A stretch of DNA of 64,000 nt from an uncultured delta proteobacterium (GCA_963810935.1 CAWEPK010000009.1:192001-256000), one strand, 5' to 3'; shown: positions 10,347 to 22,561, counted from the first letter of the stretch. The notes: a model not told the origin generated them from the letters alone. Made by a program: numbers and translations.

Positions 10347-10807
10347 AAATACTTATCCTTTAGCAGGTTTGCCATCTCGATGGCCGACATGGCCGCATCG
10401 TAACCCTTGTTGCCCCCTTTCGTCCCCGACCGCTCGACTGCGTGCTCCACCGTCTCCGTCGTGAGTATCCCGAAGGAGATGGGCTTCTCGATCTCCATAG
10501 ACGCGCAGGCTATGCCCTTAGTCACTTCCGACGCAACGTAGTGGAAGTGGGGCGTCGAGCCCTTTATCACCGCGCCGAGGCAGATCACTGCGTCGACGTC
10601 CTTGCGTTTGGCGAGCATCTTTGCGGCCAGGGGGATCTCAAAGGCCCCCGGCACCCTGACTACCTGTACGAGTTTGTCGTCTGCCCCGTGGCGCTTCAGC
10701 GCGTCGAGCGCGCCTTCGAGCAGCCGATCCGTTACGAAGCTGTTGAACCTGCTGACAACTATTGCGAACCTGAATCCCGAGGCATCAAGCTTTCCTTCAT
10801 GCACCAT
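10319..10807 (-). CDS. ribH: 6,7-dimethyl-8-ribityllumazine synthase
   Basis: [33 protein letters not shown]; start ATG 10807. Confidence 0.96.
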   Translation of the reverse strand: MVHEGKLDASGFRFAIVVSRFNSFVTDRLLEGALDALKRHGADDKLVQVVRVPGAFEIPLAAKMLAKRKDVDAVICLGAVIKGSTPHFHYVASEVTKGIACASMEIEKPISFGILTTETVEHAVERSGTKGGNKGYDAAMSAIEMANLLKDKYLCGEGKPGN

Positions 10808-10817
10808 GGCGTCTACC

Positions 10818-12023
10818 TCACAAGTTCTCAAGGATATGACCGAGCTTCTCCCGCTTGGTCTTGAGATAATGGATGTTGTCCTTGGTCGGCACGCATTCGA
10901 GTGAGACGCGTTCGACCACCGAAAGCCCATAACCCTCCAGGCCTTTTATCTTCCTGGGGTTGTTCGTAATAAGCTTCATCTTGCGCACGCCCAAATCGGC
11001 CAGGATCTGGGCGCCTATGCCGTAATCCCGCAGGTCCGGCGAGAAGCCTAACGCCTCGTTCGCCTCGACCGTGTCTGCCCCCTCGTCCTGCAGGCGGTAC
11101 GCCTTGATCTTATTGACCAGGCCGATGCCCCTGCCCTCCTGGCGCATGTAAAGGAGCACGCCCCTGCCCTCTTCCTCGATCATGCCCATCGCTGTGTGGA
11201 GCTGTTCCCCGCAGTCGCATCTCTTTGAGCCGAAGACGTCGCCGGTGAGACACTCGGAGTGGACGCGCACCAGCACTGAGTCTTCAGGCCCGAACTCGCC
11301 TTTTACGAACGCAAGGTGCTCCTTGTCGTCCAGCTCGTTGTCATAGGCGATCAGCTTGAAGTCTCCGCCGTAGCTCGTAGGCAGCTTCGTCTCAACGACC
11401 CGCCTTACGAGCGTCTCGTACCGCATCTTGTATTTGATGAGGTCGGCGATCGACGCTATGTTCAGGCCGTGCTCCTCGGCGAAGGCCTCAAGGTCGGGGA
11501 GCCTCGCCATGGAGCCGTCTTCCTTCATCACTTCGCAGATAACGCCCGCAGGCTTAAGGCCCGCCAGGCGGGCAAGGTCCATCGACGCCTCGGTGTGGCC
11601 CACCCTGACGAGTACGCCGCCGTTGCGCGCCATTAGCGGGAATAAGTGCCCGGGCCGCGCAAGGTCTTCCGGCTTCGTATTATCGTCGATGGCGGTAAGC
11701 ACGGTCTTTGCCCTGTCGTAGGCCGAGATGCCCGTCGTCACGCCTTCTTTGGCTTCTATCGAGACGGTAAATGCCGTCTTGTACTGTGCCGTGTTCTCGC
11801 GGACCATAAGCGGCAGGTCCAACTCCTTGACTCTCTGTTCCGAGAGGGAGAGGCATACCAGGCCGCGGGCATACCGCGCCATGAAGTTTATGGCTTCGGG
11901 AGTCACCTTTTCCGCGGCGACCATTACGTCCCCTTCGTTCTCGCGGTCCTCATCGTCCACGATGATGACCAGCTTTCCGTTCCTAACGTCCTCAATCACT
12001 TTTTCTATGTCTGCTATTGCCAT
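10818..12023 (-). CDS. ribBA: Bifunctional DHBP synthase / GTP cyclohydrolase II
   Basis: [39 protein letters not shown]. Confidence 0.97.
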   Translation of the reverse strand: MAIADIEKVIEDVRNGKLVIIVDDEDRENEGDVMVAAEKVTPEAINFMARYARGLVCLSLSEQRVKELDLPLMVRENTAQYKTAFTVSIEAKEGVTTGISAYDRAKTVLTAIDDNTKPEDLARPGHLFPLMARNGGVLVRVGHTEASMDLARLAGLKPAGVICEVMKEDGSMARLPDLEAFAEEHGLNIASIADLIKYKMRYETLVRRVVETKLPTSYGGDFKLIAYDNELDDKEHLAFVKGEFGPEDSVLVRVHSECLTGDVFGSKRCDCGEQLHTAMGMIEEEGRGVLLYMRQEGRGIGLVNKIKAYRLQDEGADTVEANEALGFSPDLRDYGIGAQILADLGVRKMKLITNNPRKIKGLEGYGLSVVERVSLECVPTKDNIHYLKTKREKLGHILENL

Positions 12024-12025
12024 GA

Positions 12026-12673
12026 CTACCTTCCCTTGATATAACCGTATCTGTAAAGAAAATCCAGGTCGAATCCCTGCTTTTCGCTGCCTGTTACGAA
12101 TCTCTCAACGTAGCGCCCCAATACGTCCGTCTCAACATTGACCTGGTCTCCGAGTTTCTTGGATCCTATCGTTGTTTTGGCAGCAGAATATGGGATAACG
12201 TTAAGCGTAAATCTATTATCACGTTGCTCGTTCACTGTCAAGCTTACACCGTCTACCGCAACGGACCCTTTCTTCACTATATACTTCGATATTTCGCCGT
12301 CCGTCTCGATCTCCAGCCTTATCGAATCGCCCTCCTCTCCTGCCGCCGTAATGCGCCCTATGCCGTCTATATGGCCCATGACGATGTGGCCGCCGAACCT
12401 CGAATCTGCGCGCATGGCCCTCTCTAAGTTGACGCGGTCGCCCGGCTTTGCGTTCTTCAGGGTCGTCATATTCAACGTCTCAAGGGACGCGTCCGCATAA
12501 AAGAGACTGCCGTCCAACCGGATGGCGGTGAGACAGACGCCGCTTACAGCGATGCTGTCGCCCTCGGACAAGCCCCCGGCCGGAAAACCCGACCGGATGC
12601 CCAGCTCCCAGCGCCCCCCCAGCTTTGCGATGGCTGCTATGGTCCCCAGGTCCTCAATTATGCCCGTGAACAT
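12026..12673 (-). CDS. ribE: Riboflavin synthase
   Basis: [24 protein letters not shown]. Confidence 0.96.
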   Translation of the reverse strand: MFTGIIEDLGTIAAIAKLGGRWELGIRSGFPAGGLSEGDSIAVSGVCLTAIRLDGSLFYADASLETLNMTTLKNAKPGDRVNLERAMRADSRFGGHIVMGHIDGIGRITAAGEEGDSIRLEIETDGEISKYIVKKGSVAVDGVSLTVNEQRDNRFTLNVIPYSAAKTTIGSKKLGDQVNVETDVLGRYVERFVTGSEKQGFDLDFLYRYGYIKGR

Positions 12674-13760
12674 AACCCTCCACGCAGATATCGTCCTTCA
12701 GTTTCTTCACCGAGACAACGTCCACTTTGTACGCATCCTTCAAATAGTCGATGCCTTTGCCCCCCACGAGGGTCGCCGCATTTTTACCCCCGATAAGGAG
12801 CGGGCCGTAAAAGAGCACCACCTTGTCGATCAGGCCTTCATTGAGCAGGCCGCTGTTCACCTCGCCCCCGCCTTCGACGAGGACGTTGGTTATGTTCCTC
12901 CTGGCAAGCTCTTTCGCAACGGCCGGCAGCGATAGCTTCCGGTTCTCGCCTGCTTCCACCCTGACGACGTCCACGCCGAGGGAGCGCAGGCGGCTCTCCT
13001 TGTCGGATGATTGGTCCTGGAGAGTGAATACAAGCGTTTTATACTTGTCGGCCGTCTTGACCAGGTCGCATGAGAGCGGTATACGGAGCTTCGAGTCGAG
13101 CACGGTCCTCACCGGGTACCGCTTCGGCCTGGCTATCCTGGGCAGAAGAAGGGGGTTGTCGAAGATCACCGTGTTGATGCCGACCATGATCGCGTCCATT
13201 ACGGACCTGAGCCGGTTGGCGTAGGACCTCGATTCCTCGTTGGAAATCCATTTCGAGTCCCCGACCTTTGTCGCTATCTTGCCGTCCAGGCTTACGGCCG
13301 CCTTCATAACGAAGAAGGGGCGCTTCTTCTCCTGGAACGTAACGAAAGCCTCGTTGAGCTTGCGCGCCTCATCGGAAAGGGTGCCGACCTTGACGTCGAT
13401 CTCCGCCTTCCGCAGCGCCTCTATTCCTTTCCCGTTAACCTCCGGGTTCGGGTCGAACATGGCGACCACAACTTTTTTCACCCCTGCCTTTATTATTGCG
13501 TCGGCGCAGGGCGGCGTCCGCTTATCCGTGTGGCAGCACGGCTCCAGGGTCACGAAAAGGGTGGCGCCCCGTGCCTTGTCTCCGGCCTTCTCAAGGGCTA
13601 TTACCTCTGCGTGCGCCTCGCCGGGCTTGTGGTGGTATCCCTCCCCCACGATCTCCCGCCCTTTTGTCACGATGGCGCCGACCATGGGGTTCGGCGAGGT
13701 AGTGCCCAGCCCCCTTTTGGCCAGCGACAGGGCAAGACGCATGAAATCTTCTTCTTTCAT
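12654..13760 (-). CDS. ribD: Riboflavin biosynthesis deaminase/reductase RibD
   Basis: PNPMVGA, HAE, TLEPCCH...PPC, SLDGKIA, VEGGG. Confidence 0.97.
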   Translation of the reverse strand: MKEEDFMRLALSLAKRGLGTTSPNPMVGAIVTKGREIVGEGYHHKPGEAHAEVIALEKAGDKARGATLFVTLEPCCHTDKRTPPCADAIIKAGVKKVVVAMFDPNPEVNGKGIEALRKAEIDVKVGTLSDEARKLNEAFVTFQEKKRPFFVMKAAVSLDGKIATKVGDSKWISNEESRSYANRLRSVMDAIMVGINTVIFDNPLLLPRIARPKRYPVRTVLDSKLRIPLSCDLVKTADKYKTLVFTLQDQSSDKESRLRSLGVDVVRVEAGENRKLSLPAVAKELARRNITNVLVEGGGEVNSGLLNEGLIDKVVLFYGPLLIGGKNAATLVGGKGIDYLKDAYKVDVVSVKKLKDDICVEGYVHGHN

Positions 13761-14221
13761 GTTTCCCCTTTTTTCAGGACCAGGCTCTTCAACTCTTCCA
13801 TGAACTCGGTGATATCCTTGAACTGGCGATAGACCGAGGCAAACCGCACGTAGGCCACCTCGTCGAGCTTCTTAAGCTCGTCCATCACGATCATTCCTAT
13901 CTCGGTGCTCGTGACCTCTTTCTCTCCCCGCTCGGTCAGGTCCGACTCTATCCTTTGCGCGGCCTTCTCCAGGTCGCTTATGCTCACCGGCCTCTTCTCG
14001 CACGCCTTCCTTAAGCCTCCCAGGATCTTCGCCCTGTCGAACGTCTCCCTCCGGCCGTCCTTTTTAACAACCATGGGGAGCCCTTCTTCGAGCAGCTCCG
14101 CAGTGTTGAACCTCTTGCCGCAAAGGAGGCATTCCCTCCTTCTGCGTATGGCGTCCATCTCCTTGCTCGTTCTGGAATCGATTACCTTGCTTTCGACGTA
14201 ACCGCAGTAGGGACACTTCAT
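13757..14221 (-). CDS. nrdR: Transcriptional repressor NrdR
   Basis: MKCPYC..VIDSR..RRRRECxxC, ATP cone, [10 protein letters not shown]. Confidence 0.97.
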   Translation of the reverse strand: MKCPYCGYVESKVIDSRTSKEMDAIRRRRECLLCGKRFNTAELLEEGLPMVVKKDGRRETFDRAKILGGLRKACEKRPVSISDLEKAAQRIESDLTERGEKEVTSTEIGMIVMDELKKLDEVAYVRFASVYRQFKDITEFMEELKSLVLKKGET

Positions 14222-14302
14222 CGGCCTGCTCCTGTCGAAAAAGACGCGAGCGACGCCCGCTTTGTAAGCGCCTGCCGTATCCTTCCACGGGCGTCCGCCG
14301 TT

Positions 14303-14761
14303 TTACGGTTTGGGCACCCGCTTGATTATTATACCCGATTCCGAGATCAAAGTGGCCGCCAGGTCGTCGGGGTAGCCTTCCAGGTGGAAGATCTCCCGTA
14401 TGCCGGCGTTGATAATCATCTTGACGCAGATGGCGCAGGGAAGGTGCGTCGAGTAAATAACCGCCCCGTTGATGGAGACGCCGTGAGAGGCCGCCTGTAT
14501 AATGGCGTTTTGCTCCGCGTGCAGCCCCCTGCAAAGCTCGTGGCGCTCTCCGGGGGCTACGTTCCTGCTCTCGCGGACGCACCCGATGTCCGCGCAATGG
14601 GCAAGGCCGGTCGGCGCACCGTTGTAGCCGGTCGAAAGGATGCGTTTGTCCTTTACGATGACTGCGCCGACGTTCCTCCGCACGCACGTCGAACGTTTCG
14701 CTACGATGCCCGCTATCTCCATGAAATAGGCGTCCCAGTGGGGGCGGCCGCTTTTGTTCAT
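14303..14761 (-). CDS. dCMP deaminase (ComEB-like)
   Basis: RSTC.RR.VGA, GYNG, HAEQNA, PCAIC. Confidence 0.9.
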   Translation of the reverse strand: MNKSGRPHWDAYFMEIAGIVAKRSTCVRRNVGAVIVKDKRILSTGYNGAPTGLAHCADIGCVRESRNVAPGERHELCRGLHAEQNAIIQAASHGVSINGAVIYSTHLPCAICVKMIINAGIREIFHLEGYPDDLAATLISESGIIIKRVPKP

Positions 14762-14768
14762 AACGGTC

Positions 14769-16034
14769 TCATATCGGGAAGATGCGGGAATAGAAAGGGA
14801 ACTTGCGGCAGAGCGCCTTCACTTCTCCCCTCAGCTTGCTCGAAAGCCGCGTGTCCCTGGGCCTGCGGAGGACGGAGTCTATCATATCGGCCATCAGCTC
14901 CATCTCGGGCTCCTTCATGCCCCGCGTGGTGACTGCGGGCGTGCCGATCCTGATGCCGCTGGGCGCGATCGGCCCCTTCTTGTCGAAGGGTATCGCGTTC
15001 CTGTTGAGCATGATGCCGCTTCTCTCAAGGCTCTCCTGTGCCTCCATGCCGTCAATGCCCTTGTCGGTCAAGTCGACGAGGAAGAGGTGGTTGTCCGTCC
15101 CCCCGGATACTATCCTGTACCCGAGGCGCCTCATGCAGGTCGCTAAATGGCGGGAATTCTTGATGATCTGCTCCTGGTACGTCTTGAACTCCGGCTTCAT
15201 CGCGTTCTTGAAGGCCACTGCCTTTGCGGCAATGATATGCATGAGCGGGCCGCCCTGGATGCCGGGGAAGATCATCGAGTCGATAATCTTGGCGTGCTCT
15301 TTATCGCAGAGGATAAGGCCGCCCCGAGGGCCCCTCAATGTCTTGTGCGTCGTCCCCGTGACAAAGTGGGCTACGCCAACCGGCGACGGATGGAGCCCGG
15401 TCGCCACCGCGCCCGCGATGTGGGCGATATCGGCCAGGAGGTAAGCCCCGGCCTCGTCGGCTATCTCCCTGAATTTCTTGAAATCGATTATCCTCGAATA
15501 GGCGCTCGCGCCGCAGACGATCAACCTCGGCCTTTCCGCCAGGGCGATCTTCCTCACCTCGTCGTAATCGATCTGCTCGGTTTCGCGCGAGACATGGTAC
15601 GAGAGGGACTTGAAGAAACGGCCCGCAAAACTCGCCGGAGCGCCGTGCGTAAGGTGGCCGCCGTGCGCCAGGTCCATACCAAGAATCTTGTCCCCCGGAC
15701 CGAGGACGGCGAATAAGACCGCCATGTTGGCCGATGACCCGGCGTGGGGCTGGACATTGGCGTGTTCCGCGCCGAAAAGCTTGCAGGCCCGCTCTATCGC
15801 TGTGCGCTCAATGTCATCGACGAACTTGCAGCCGCCGTAGAAACGCTTGCCCGGATAGCCCTCCGCGTACTTATTGGTGAGGATCGTGCCGTGCGCCTCC
15901 AGGACGTCCTGGTCGACGTAATTCTCCGAGGCGATGAGAATGAGGCTGTATTCCTCTCTCTCTATCTCGCTCTTGATTGAAGCGTAAACAATCCTGTCGC
16001 TGCCCTTAAGGGCACTCATTGAGATCATTTTCAA
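14769..16034 (-). CDS. glyA: Serine hydroxymethyltransferase
   Basis: [41 protein letters not shown]. Start may be 16019. Confidence 0.97.
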   Translation of the reverse strand: MKMISMSALKGSDRIVYASIKSEIEREEYSLILIASENYVDQDVLEAHGTILTNKYAEGYPGKRFYGGCKFVDDIERTAIERACKLFGAEHANVQPHAGSSANMAVLFAVLGPGDKILGMDLAHGGHLTHGAPASFAGRFFKSLSYHVSRETEQIDYDEVRKIALAERPRLIVCGASAYSRIIDFKKFREIADEAGAYLLADIAHIAGAVATGLHPSPVGVAHFVTGTTHKTLRGPRGGLILCDKEHAKIIDSMIFPGIQGGPLMHIIAAKAVAFKNAMKPEFKTYQEQIIKNSRHLATCMRRLGYRIVSGGTDNHLFLVDLTDKGIDGMEAQESLERSGIMLNRNAIPFDKKGPIAPSGIRIGTPAVTTRGMKEPEMELMADMIDSVLRRPRDTRLSSKLRGEVKALCRKFPFYSRIFPI

Positions 16035-16458
16035 GCTTCCTTATCTTATCGACCCGCCTCTGATGGCGGCCGCCTTCGAAAGGCGTCTCCAGCCATACCT
16101 TGACGATCTCTGCCGCAAGCCCCCGTCCGGTGATCTGCGCGCCGAGCACAAGGATATTGGCATCGACATGGCGCCTGCTCTGCTGTGCTGCAAAGAGGTC
16201 GAAGGCGAGCGCTGCCCGCACCCCAGCCACCTTGTTCGCTGTCACCGACATACCTATGCCTGTGCTGCATATCAGTATGCCGCGCTCCACCTGCCCTCCC
16301 GCGACGAGACGCGCAACCTTTATCGCGTAGTCCGGGTAATCGACCGACTCGGGGCCGTTTGTGCCCACGTCGGTCAGCTCATGCCCGGCGGCCAGCATTT
16401 GTTTCAGGTATTCTTTCAGCTCGAAGCCGCCGTGGTCCGAGCCGAGGGCGATTTTCAT
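16006..16458 (-). CDS. rpiB: Ribose-5-phosphate isomerase B
   Basis: [24 protein letters not shown]. Confidence 0.95.
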   Translation of the reverse strand: MKIALGSDHGGFELKEYLKQMLAAGHELTDVGTNGPESVDYPDYAIKVARLVAGGQVERGILICSTGIGMSVTANKVAGVRAALAFDLFAAQQSRRHVDANILVLGAQITGRGLAAEIVKVWLETPFEGGRHQRRVDKIRKLENDLNECP

Positions 16459-17697
16459 TTATTCGTGCCTCTTGAAAACGAGGACCGCGTTCGTGCCGCC
16501 GAAGCCGAACGAGTTAGAGATGGCGATGTCGATCTTGTGCTTCCGCGCGGTATTCGGAACGTAGTCCAGGTCGCACTCAGGGTCGGGGTTCTCGTAGTTT
16601 ATCGTAGGCGGGCATATCTGGTCCCTTATGGAGAGGACCGAGAATATCGCCTCGACAGCGCCCGCCGCCCCCAACAGGTGGCCGGTCATCGACTTGGTCG
16701 AGCTTACCGGGATCTTGTAGGCCCGCTCGCCGAAGACCTTCTTTATGGCGAGCGTCTCCGACGAATCGTTCAGGTCCGTAGACGTACCGTGGGCGTTGAT
16801 ATAATCGACGGCTTCGGGGCCGAGCCCCGCGTCCCGCAGAGCCATCCTCATGCACCTTATCGAGCCGTCGCCGTCGGGGCATGGGGCCGTTATGTGGTAC
16901 GCGTCGCCGTTGTAGCCGTAGCCCGTTACCTCGGCGTATATGCGCGCCGCGCGCAGCCGGGCATGCTCCAGCTCTTCCATTATAACGATGCCCGCCCCTT
17001 CGCCGATCACGAAGCCGTCCCTTTCCTTGTCGAAAGGACGGGAGGCCTTTTCGGGGGCGTCGTTTCTGACGGAGAGCGCCTTCAGGGCGTTAAAGCCCCC
17101 CACGGTCAGGGGCGTAAGGTTGGCTTCGGTCCCGCCCGCGACCATGACGTCCGCGTCCCCGTACTGAATGATCCTCAGGGCCTCGCCTATACAATGCGCG
17201 CCGGTAGCGCACGCGGTTACGATGCTCAGGTTCGGGCCCTTTATGCCGTAGTGTATTGCGATGTTTCCGGGCGCTTCGTTGGCTATGAGCATAGGAATGA
17301 AAAACGGCGAGATGCGTCCCGGTCCTCTCTCGAGAAGGATGGAATGATATTTCTCCAGCGTGGGAAGGCCGCCGAGCCCGGTGCCTACGATGACGCCCAC
17401 CCTTTCGGCGTCTTCGCGTTTCAGGTCTATCCCCGAGTCCTGGATGGCGACCTTGGTAGCCGCAAGCGCATACTGGATGAAGAGGTCCATGCGCCTCAGC
17501 TCTCTCCCCGGTATGTATTCCTCCGCCTTGAAGTCTTTTACCTCAGCGGCGATCTTTGTGTCGTGGGCCGATCCATCGAACCGCGTAAGGGGACCGGCGC
17601 CGGACTGCCCGGCGACTATCTTCTCCCATACGTTATCGAGCCCGACCCCAAGCGGGGTGGTAAGACCTAGACCCGTTATAACGACCCTTCTTTTCAA
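16459..17697 (-). CDS. fabF: 3-oxoacyl-ACP synthase II
   Basis: [30 protein letters not shown]. Confidence 0.97.
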   Translation of the reverse strand: MKRRVVITGLGLTTPLGVGLDNVWEKIVAGQSGAGPLTRFDGSAHDTKIAAEVKDFKAEEYIPGRELRRMDLFIQYALAATKVAIQDSGIDLKREDAERVGVIVGTGLGGLPTLEKYHSILLERGPGRISPFFIPMLIANEAPGNIAIHYGIKGPNLSIVTACATGAHCIGEALRIIQYGDADVMVAGGTEANLTPLTVGGFNALKALSVRNDAPEKASRPFDKERDGFVIGEGAGIVIMEELEHARLRAARIYAEVTGYGYNGDAYHITAPCPDGDGSIRCMRMALRDAGLGPEAVDYINAHGTSTDLNDSSETLAIKKVFGERAYKIPVSSTKSMTGHLLGAAGAVEAIFSVLSIRDQICPPTINYENPDPECDLDYVPNTARKHKIDIAISNSFGFGGTNAVLVFKRHE

Positions 17698-17712
17698 CCC
17701 TCACCTCATGCT

Positions 17713-17946
17713 TTATTTCAGGTGCCCCTCGATGTACTTGATCGCGTCCCCGACCGTCTCTATCTTTTCTGCGTCCTCGTCGGGAATCTCGATGCCATAT
17801 TCATCTTCGAGGGCCATAACGAGCTCGACTATATCGAGAGAATCCGCCCCAAGATCGTCGATGAACTTCGCCTCCGGCACCACCTCGGACTCGTTTACCT
17901 CCAACTGCTCGACGATCATCTTTTTAACCTTTTCCGCAACTGTCAT
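17713..17946 (-). CDS. acpP: Acyl carrier protein
   Basis: [14 protein letters not shown]. Confidence 0.97.
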   Translation of the reverse strand: MTVAEKVKKMIVEQLEVNESEVVPEAKFIDDLGADSLDIVELVMALEDEYGIEIPDEDAEKIETVGDAIKYIEGHLK

Positions 17947-17983
17947 GTAGCCACCTCCTGGTTTTAGCGAGAGACCTTATCCC

Positions 17984-18709
17984 TCAGATATACAAGCCTC
18001 CGTTGACATTTATGACCTCTCCCGTCACGTAGCTGCTATACTCCGACAGGAGAAAATAGACTACCCGTGCCACGTCAATGGGCTCTCCGGGCCGCTTCAG
18101 CGGAATCGACTGGACCATCGACTCCCGGTATTTCTCCGGTAGCCTGGCAGTCATCTCCGTGCCGATAAAGCCGGGCGCGACCGCGTTTACCCTTATGCCC
18201 CGGTCCCCGTATTCCTTGGCGATGGTCTTGGTGAAACCTATGATGCCCGCCTTGCTCGCCGCGTAGTTCGCCTGTCCGGCGTTCCCCGCCACGCCCGCGA
18301 GGGACGAGACGTTCACTATGCTGCCACCCGTTTTCATCATCTGGCGCAGCACCGTCTTCGTGCAATTAAAAACACTCTTGAGGTTGACGCGGAGCACAAG
18401 GTCCCACTCTTCTTCCGACATCCGGAGGAGGAGCTTGTCCCGCGTTATCCCCGCGTTGTTGACGAGGCCGTAGATACCGCCCATTTCTGCGACGACGGCC
18501 GCGACGGCCTTCTCGACCTCCGGCAGGTCGCCGACGTCAGCCTTATGAAAGACGGCCCTGGCGCCTTTTGCCTCAACGGCGGCCGCAGTTTCGGTGCAGT
18601 CCGCCACGTCGATTAAAGCGATATCAGCGCCTTTCTCCGCGAGAAGCTCGGCAATGGCCCGCCCGATGCCCTGGGCCGCGCCTGTCACCATCACAACCTT
18701 TCCCTTCAC
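17984..18709 (-). CDS. fabG: 3-oxoacyl-ACP reductase
   Basis: TGAAQGIG, NNAGITRD, YAASKAG; GTG start at 18709 overlapping the fabD stop (GTGA). Confidence 0.95.
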   Translation of the reverse strand: MKGKVVMVTGAAQGIGRAIAELLAEKGADIALIDVADCTETAAAVEAKGARAVFHKADVGDLPEVEKAVAAVVAEMGGIYGLVNNAGITRDKLLLRMSEEEWDLVLRVNLKSVFNCTKTVLRQMMKTGGSIVNVSSLAGVAGNAGQANYAASKAGIIGFTKTIAKEYGDRGIRVNAVAPGFIGTEMTARLPEKYRESMVQSIPLKRPGEPIDVARVVYFLLSEYSSYVTGEVINVNGGLYI

Positions 18710-19644
18710 GCGAGCACCCCACGTACCGCATCCACTTCCGCCATCGTTTCGACGTGATGGCAGGGGATATCCGGCACGATCCTTTTCATCATGTTCGTAA
18801 GCACCTTCTGCGGCCCCACTTCGATGAAAAGCTCGACGCCCCGGCCAACCATAGTCTTTACGCAATCCTCCCAAAGGACCGGCGAGAACATTTGGCGGAA
18901 GAGAAGGTCTGTGACCGCCCCCGCTTCCATATTGGGACCGGCGTTTATGTTGGCTACGACGGGAAAGCGCATGGGCGAGAAAGGGACTTTCTCCAGCTCC
19001 GCTTTCAGCTTTTCCGCCGCGGGCTTCATTAGCGGGCTGTGGAACGGACCCGACACATTGAGGAAAATCGCTTTCTTATATCCTACCCCTTTCAGCTTCT
19101 CGACTGCCTCCTTCAGGGCGTTGATATCGCCCGACAGGACGAGCTGGTCCGGGGAGTTGAGATTCGCCGGCGCTGCTACGTAGTCGCCTTTGGAGACCGC
19201 GCTACAGACCTCTTCCACCTTCTGACGCACGGGGCCCATGAGAGCGACCATGCCCCCTGCCCCGGCAGGGCACGCCTCTTCCATGAGAAGGCCCCTCGTC
19301 CGGGTCAGCCTGAGTGCGTCTTCAAAGGACAGAAGCCCGCTCGCGCAGAGCGCCGTATATTCGCCGAGGCTGTGGCCGGCCGCGCAAAAAGGTTCTAAAC
19401 CGGTTTCCCTTACCAATAACAACCACGACGCGTAGCTCGCTAAAAGGATGGCCGGCTGCGTGTTAAAGGTTTTACGCAACTCGTCTTCGGGGCCCTCGAA
19501 GCAGAGCTTGGACAGGCCGAAACCGGTGGCCTTATCGGCTGATTCGAACAGGTCCCTTACATAGTCGAACCGGTCGCAAAGCTCCTTCCCCATTCCGACA
19601 TACTGCGATCCCTGCCCTGGAAAAACGACCCCTATTTTTTTCAT
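18706..19644 (-). CDS. fabD: Malonyl-CoA:ACP transacylase
   Basis: FPGQGSQ, GHSLGE, VSGPFHS. Confidence 0.97.
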   Translation of the reverse strand: MKKIGVVFPGQGSQYVGMGKELCDRFDYVRDLFESADKATGFGLSKLCFEGPEDELRKTFNTQPAILLASYASWLLLVRETGLEPFCAAGHSLGEYTALCASGLLSFEDALRLTRTRGLLMEEACPAGAGGMVALMGPVRQKVEEVCSAVSKGDYVAAPANLNSPDQLVLSGDINALKEAVEKLKGVGYKKAIFLNVSGPFHSPLMKPAAEKLKAELEKVPFSPMRFPVVANINAGPNMEAGAVTDLLFRQMFSPVLWEDCVKTMVGRGVELFIEVGPQKVLTNMMKRIVPDIPCHHVETMAEVDAVRGVLA

Positions 19645-20805
19645 TTACCTCTTTTTCGATGCCGCTTCTTTTATCAGTTCGAGGCCGATGACGTTCCTCT
19701 GTATCTGGTTCGTTCCTTCGTAGATCTGAAGGATTTTGGCGTCCCTCATCATTTTTTCGATGGGGTAGTCCCGCATATAGCCGTAACCGCCGAATATCTG
19801 TAGGGCGTCCACCGTCACCTTCATGGCTACGTCGCTCGGAAATACCTTGCTCATGGCCGATGCCTTCGAAAGGTCCTTCGCGCCTGAATCTATGTAGCGG
19901 GCGACCGAATAAACAAGGGCGCGCGCCGCTTCAGTCTGTGTGGCCATATCCGCAAGCATGTGCTGAATCGCCTGGAAGGATATGATTTTCTTCTCGAACT
20001 GCTCCCTTTCCCTTGCGTAGGCGACCGCTGCATCGAGCGCGCCCTGGGCCACTCCGACGGCCTGTGCCCCAATACCCGGCCGGGTCCGGTCGAAGGTCCT
20101 CATCGCAAGGATGAAGCCCATGCCTTCCCTACCTATAACATTTTCCTTCGGGACTTTGCAATCCTGGAAGACCAGCTCCCTGGTCGCAGACGCCCGGATA
20201 CCCAGCTTCTTTTCCTTCTTGCCGAAGGAAAAACCGTCCATACCCTTCTCGACGATGAACGCAGTCGCGCCCCTGCCGCCCTTGGAACGGTCGGTCATGG
20301 CGATCACGGTATATATCTCAGCCTCGCCTCCGTTGGTGATCCACTGCTTGGTGCCGTTGAGGATGTAATAGTCGCCGTCCTTGCGCGCCTCCGTCCTGAT
20401 GCCCGCTGCGTCGCTGCCCGCGTTAGCCTCGGTGAGGCCAAAAGCAGCAAGCCTCTTACCCTTCGCAACGTCCGGCAGGAACCGCGCTTTTTGCTCCTCA
20501 CTCCCGCCGAGAAGTATCGGATGGGAACCGAGCAGACTGGCCGCATAGCTCACCGACACGCCGAGGCAGCCCCTGCTCAGTTCCTCGACGACGATACAGT
20601 TTTCCAGCGCGCCGCCGCCTAAGCCGCCGTATGCCTCCGGTATGCTTACCCCGAAAAGGCCGGTCTCCGCACAGGAGCGCATGATCTCCCACGGGAACGT
20701 CTCCGTCTCGTCCAGCTCGGCCCTGACGGGCATAATCTTTTCCTGCGCAATCCTGCGCGCCAGTTTCCTGATCTCCTTCTGGTCGTCCGTCAGAAAATAA
20801 TCCAT
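19645..20805 (-). CDS. Acyl-CoA dehydrogenase (short-chain/butyryl-CoA dehydrogenase-like)
   Basis: FGLTEANAGSD, NGTKQWITNG, R.QF...I..FQAIQ, FGGYGY, IYEGTNQIQR. Confidence 0.93.
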   Translation of the reverse strand: MDYFLTDDQKEIRKLARRIAQEKIMPVRAELDETETFPWEIMRSCAETGLFGVSIPEAYGGLGGGALENCIVVEELSRGCLGVSVSYAASLLGSHPILLGGSEEQKARFLPDVAKGKRLAAFGLTEANAGSDAAGIRTEARKDGDYYILNGTKQWITNGGEAEIYTVIAMTDRSKGGRGATAFIVEKGMDGFSFGKKEKKLGIRASATRELVFQDCKVPKENVIGREGMGFILAMRTFDRTRPGIGAQAVGVAQGALDAAVAYAREREQFEKKIISFQAIQHMLADMATQTEAARALVYSVARYIDSGAKDLSKASAMSKVFPSDVAMKVTVDALQIFGGYGYMRDYPIEKMMRDAKILQIYEGTNQIQRNVIGLELIKEAASKKR

Positions 20806-20806
20806 T

Positions 20807-21817
20807 CTAGAGCTCCTTACTCCTCGTGGGTGACGCGTACTCCCGCATCGCGTCTTTTATATGTCCGTTGACGTTCGTTCCAACAAATCCCTTTGCTTGT
20901 AAGATGGCGCTCCTGATCGCCCTCTCGTTCGACTTGCCGTGGCAGATTATACAGACCCCATCCACCCCTACAAGGGGGGCGCCGCCGTATTCGGAGTAGT
21001 CTACCATCCGGGAAAGGGCTTTGAAAACAGGGGAAAGTAAAAGATAGCCTATCTTTGCCCTCCTGCTCGCCCTTATCTTTTCCTTCAGGATGCCTAGAAT
21101 CGCCTCGGCCACGCCCTCGCTTACCTTCAGGGCCACGTTGCCGACAAAGCCGTCCGTGACGACGACGTCCGCCGTGCCGTTGTACAGGTCCATCCCCTCG
21201 AGGTAGCCCGTATAGTTGAGGTCGGCGCCGGAAAGGAGCGCGTGTGTCTCCCGCGTAAGCTCGTTTCCCTTCGTCGCTTCCTCGCCGTTGCTTAAAACCC
21301 CGACCCTGGGGTTCTGCACCCCTAGCGCATATTTTGCGAACATATCGCCCATGATCGCAAACTGGACGAGGTGCGACGGCCGGCAGTCCACCGTGCCTCC
21401 TGAGTCGAGAAGGATCGATTTCGTGCCCCTAACGTTCGGGTGTATAGTGAGGATGGCCGGTCTCTCCACGCCCGGGAGCCTGCCCAGGGTGAAAATGGCG
21501 AACGCGAGGAAGGCGCCCGAATTCCCTGCCGAAACTACGGCCTGGACGTCGCCCGCCTTCAGCAGGCTGAACGCGACGTTGATGGAAGAGTCCTTCTTCT
21601 TCCGCAGGGCCGTGGAAGGCGACTCTTTCATCTCAACGGACGTCGGCGCGTGGACGATGTCGATGCCCGACCGGCTCTGCAAGAGCGGTCCTATCGCGTT
21701 CTCGTCGCCCACAAGGACAAGGTCTCCGGCTCCAACGGCTGCGGCCGCCTCCGCTCCCCGCACTATGGCGAGGGGCGCGTGGTCACCGCCCATGGCGTCG
21801 ATGGCTATCCTCACCAT
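20807..21817 (-). CDS. plsX: Phosphate acyltransferase PlsX
   Basis: IAIDAMGGDHAP, SAGNSGA, DGFVGN, YGGAPLVG; start ATG 21817. Confidence 0.96.
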   Translation of the reverse strand: MVRIAIDAMGGDHAPLAIVRGAEAAAAVGAGDLVLVGDENAIGPLLQSRSGIDIVHAPTSVEMKESPSTALRKKKDSSINVAFSLLKAGDVQAVVSAGNSGAFLAFAIFTLGRLPGVERPAILTIHPNVRGTKSILLDSGGTVDCRPSHLVQFAIMGDMFAKYALGVQNPRVGVLSNGEEATKGNELTRETHALLSGADLNYTGYLEGMDLYNGTADVVVTDGFVGNVALKVSEGVAEAILGILKEKIRASRRAKIGYLLLSPVFKALSRMVDYSEYGGAPLVGVDGVCIICHGKSNERAIRSAILQAKGFVGTNVNGHIKDAMREYASPTRSKEL

Positions 21818-21822
21818 ACGCG

Positions 21823-22005
21823 TTAGAGCTCTTCTACCTTCAGGCGCTTCTTGCCCTTGTAGTTTCCGCATTTCGCGCATACGCGGTGGGACAGCATCGG
21901 CTCCTTGCAAGTCGGGCAGAGGACCACCCCGGGGGGCGAGGCCTTGTCATGCGTCCTTCTTTTGTCTCTCCTCGACTTTGATGTTTTTCTCTTCGGGACA
22001 GGCAT
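21823..22005 (-). CDS. rpmF: 50S ribosomal protein L32 (zinc-ribbon form)
   Basis: [31 protein letters not shown]. Confidence 0.97.
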   Translation of the reverse strand: MPVPKRKTSKSRRDKRRTHDKASPPGVVLCPTCKEPMLSHRVCAKCGNYKGKKRLKVEEL

Positions 22006-22015
22006 AATATTCTCC

Positions 22016-22535
22016 TTACCGGTCTTTTAAAAAACTTTTCAGCTTCTCTCCCATAGCCGTACCCGTCTTCTCGCAGCCGCACTCCTCGACGTTGCGGTTC
22101 TTGCCGCAAACAGGACAGATACCCTTGCAGGCATCCGAGCAAAGGGCCTTTATGGGCAGGTCAAGCATTACCTCTTCGAAGACGTAGGGGTCGATATCGA
22201 TCTCATCCCCTTCGAAGTAATATACGTTCATTTCATCGGTTTTTAACTCGACTTCTTCGCCGGCGGGCGTTTTTTGCCGCGGAAGCAGACTCTATATCGA
22301 GCTTCGATGATACCGAAAAAGTGAATTCCTCCAGGCAGCGGGCGCACGTCAGCGATAGCTCGGCACTCACCGGGCCGCTGAGCCATACATTATCGCCGGC
22401 CTTTTGTACCGTGATCTCATATTCGATGGGAGAGGCGAAGCCGATATCGGTGTCCTCGGGTCTCTTTAATTTCGCCCCGTCGAGCGACCCCTTGACCGAT
22501 ATAGTATCCTGTAAGTCGTAAAGTTTTATAATCAT
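22016..22535 (-). CDS. yceD: DUF177/YceD family protein (apparent +1 frameshift near 22289)
   Basis: CARCL in 22233-22535; [14 protein letters not shown] in 22016-22231. Removing one base restores DIELLPRQ...EMNVYY. Directly upstream of rpmF. Confidence 0.88.
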
Positions 22536-22561
22536 TGATTGTTTACCGTTTTGGGTCTAAC

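Noticed and set aside
13757..14302. FMN riboswitch ahead of the rib genes
   Set aside because: ribD overlaps nrdR, and no RFN consensus is visible in nearby spacers.
16063..17670. 535-aa plus-strand ORF
   Set aside because: Antisense shadow of fabF/rpiB in high-GC DNA; no recognisable motifs.
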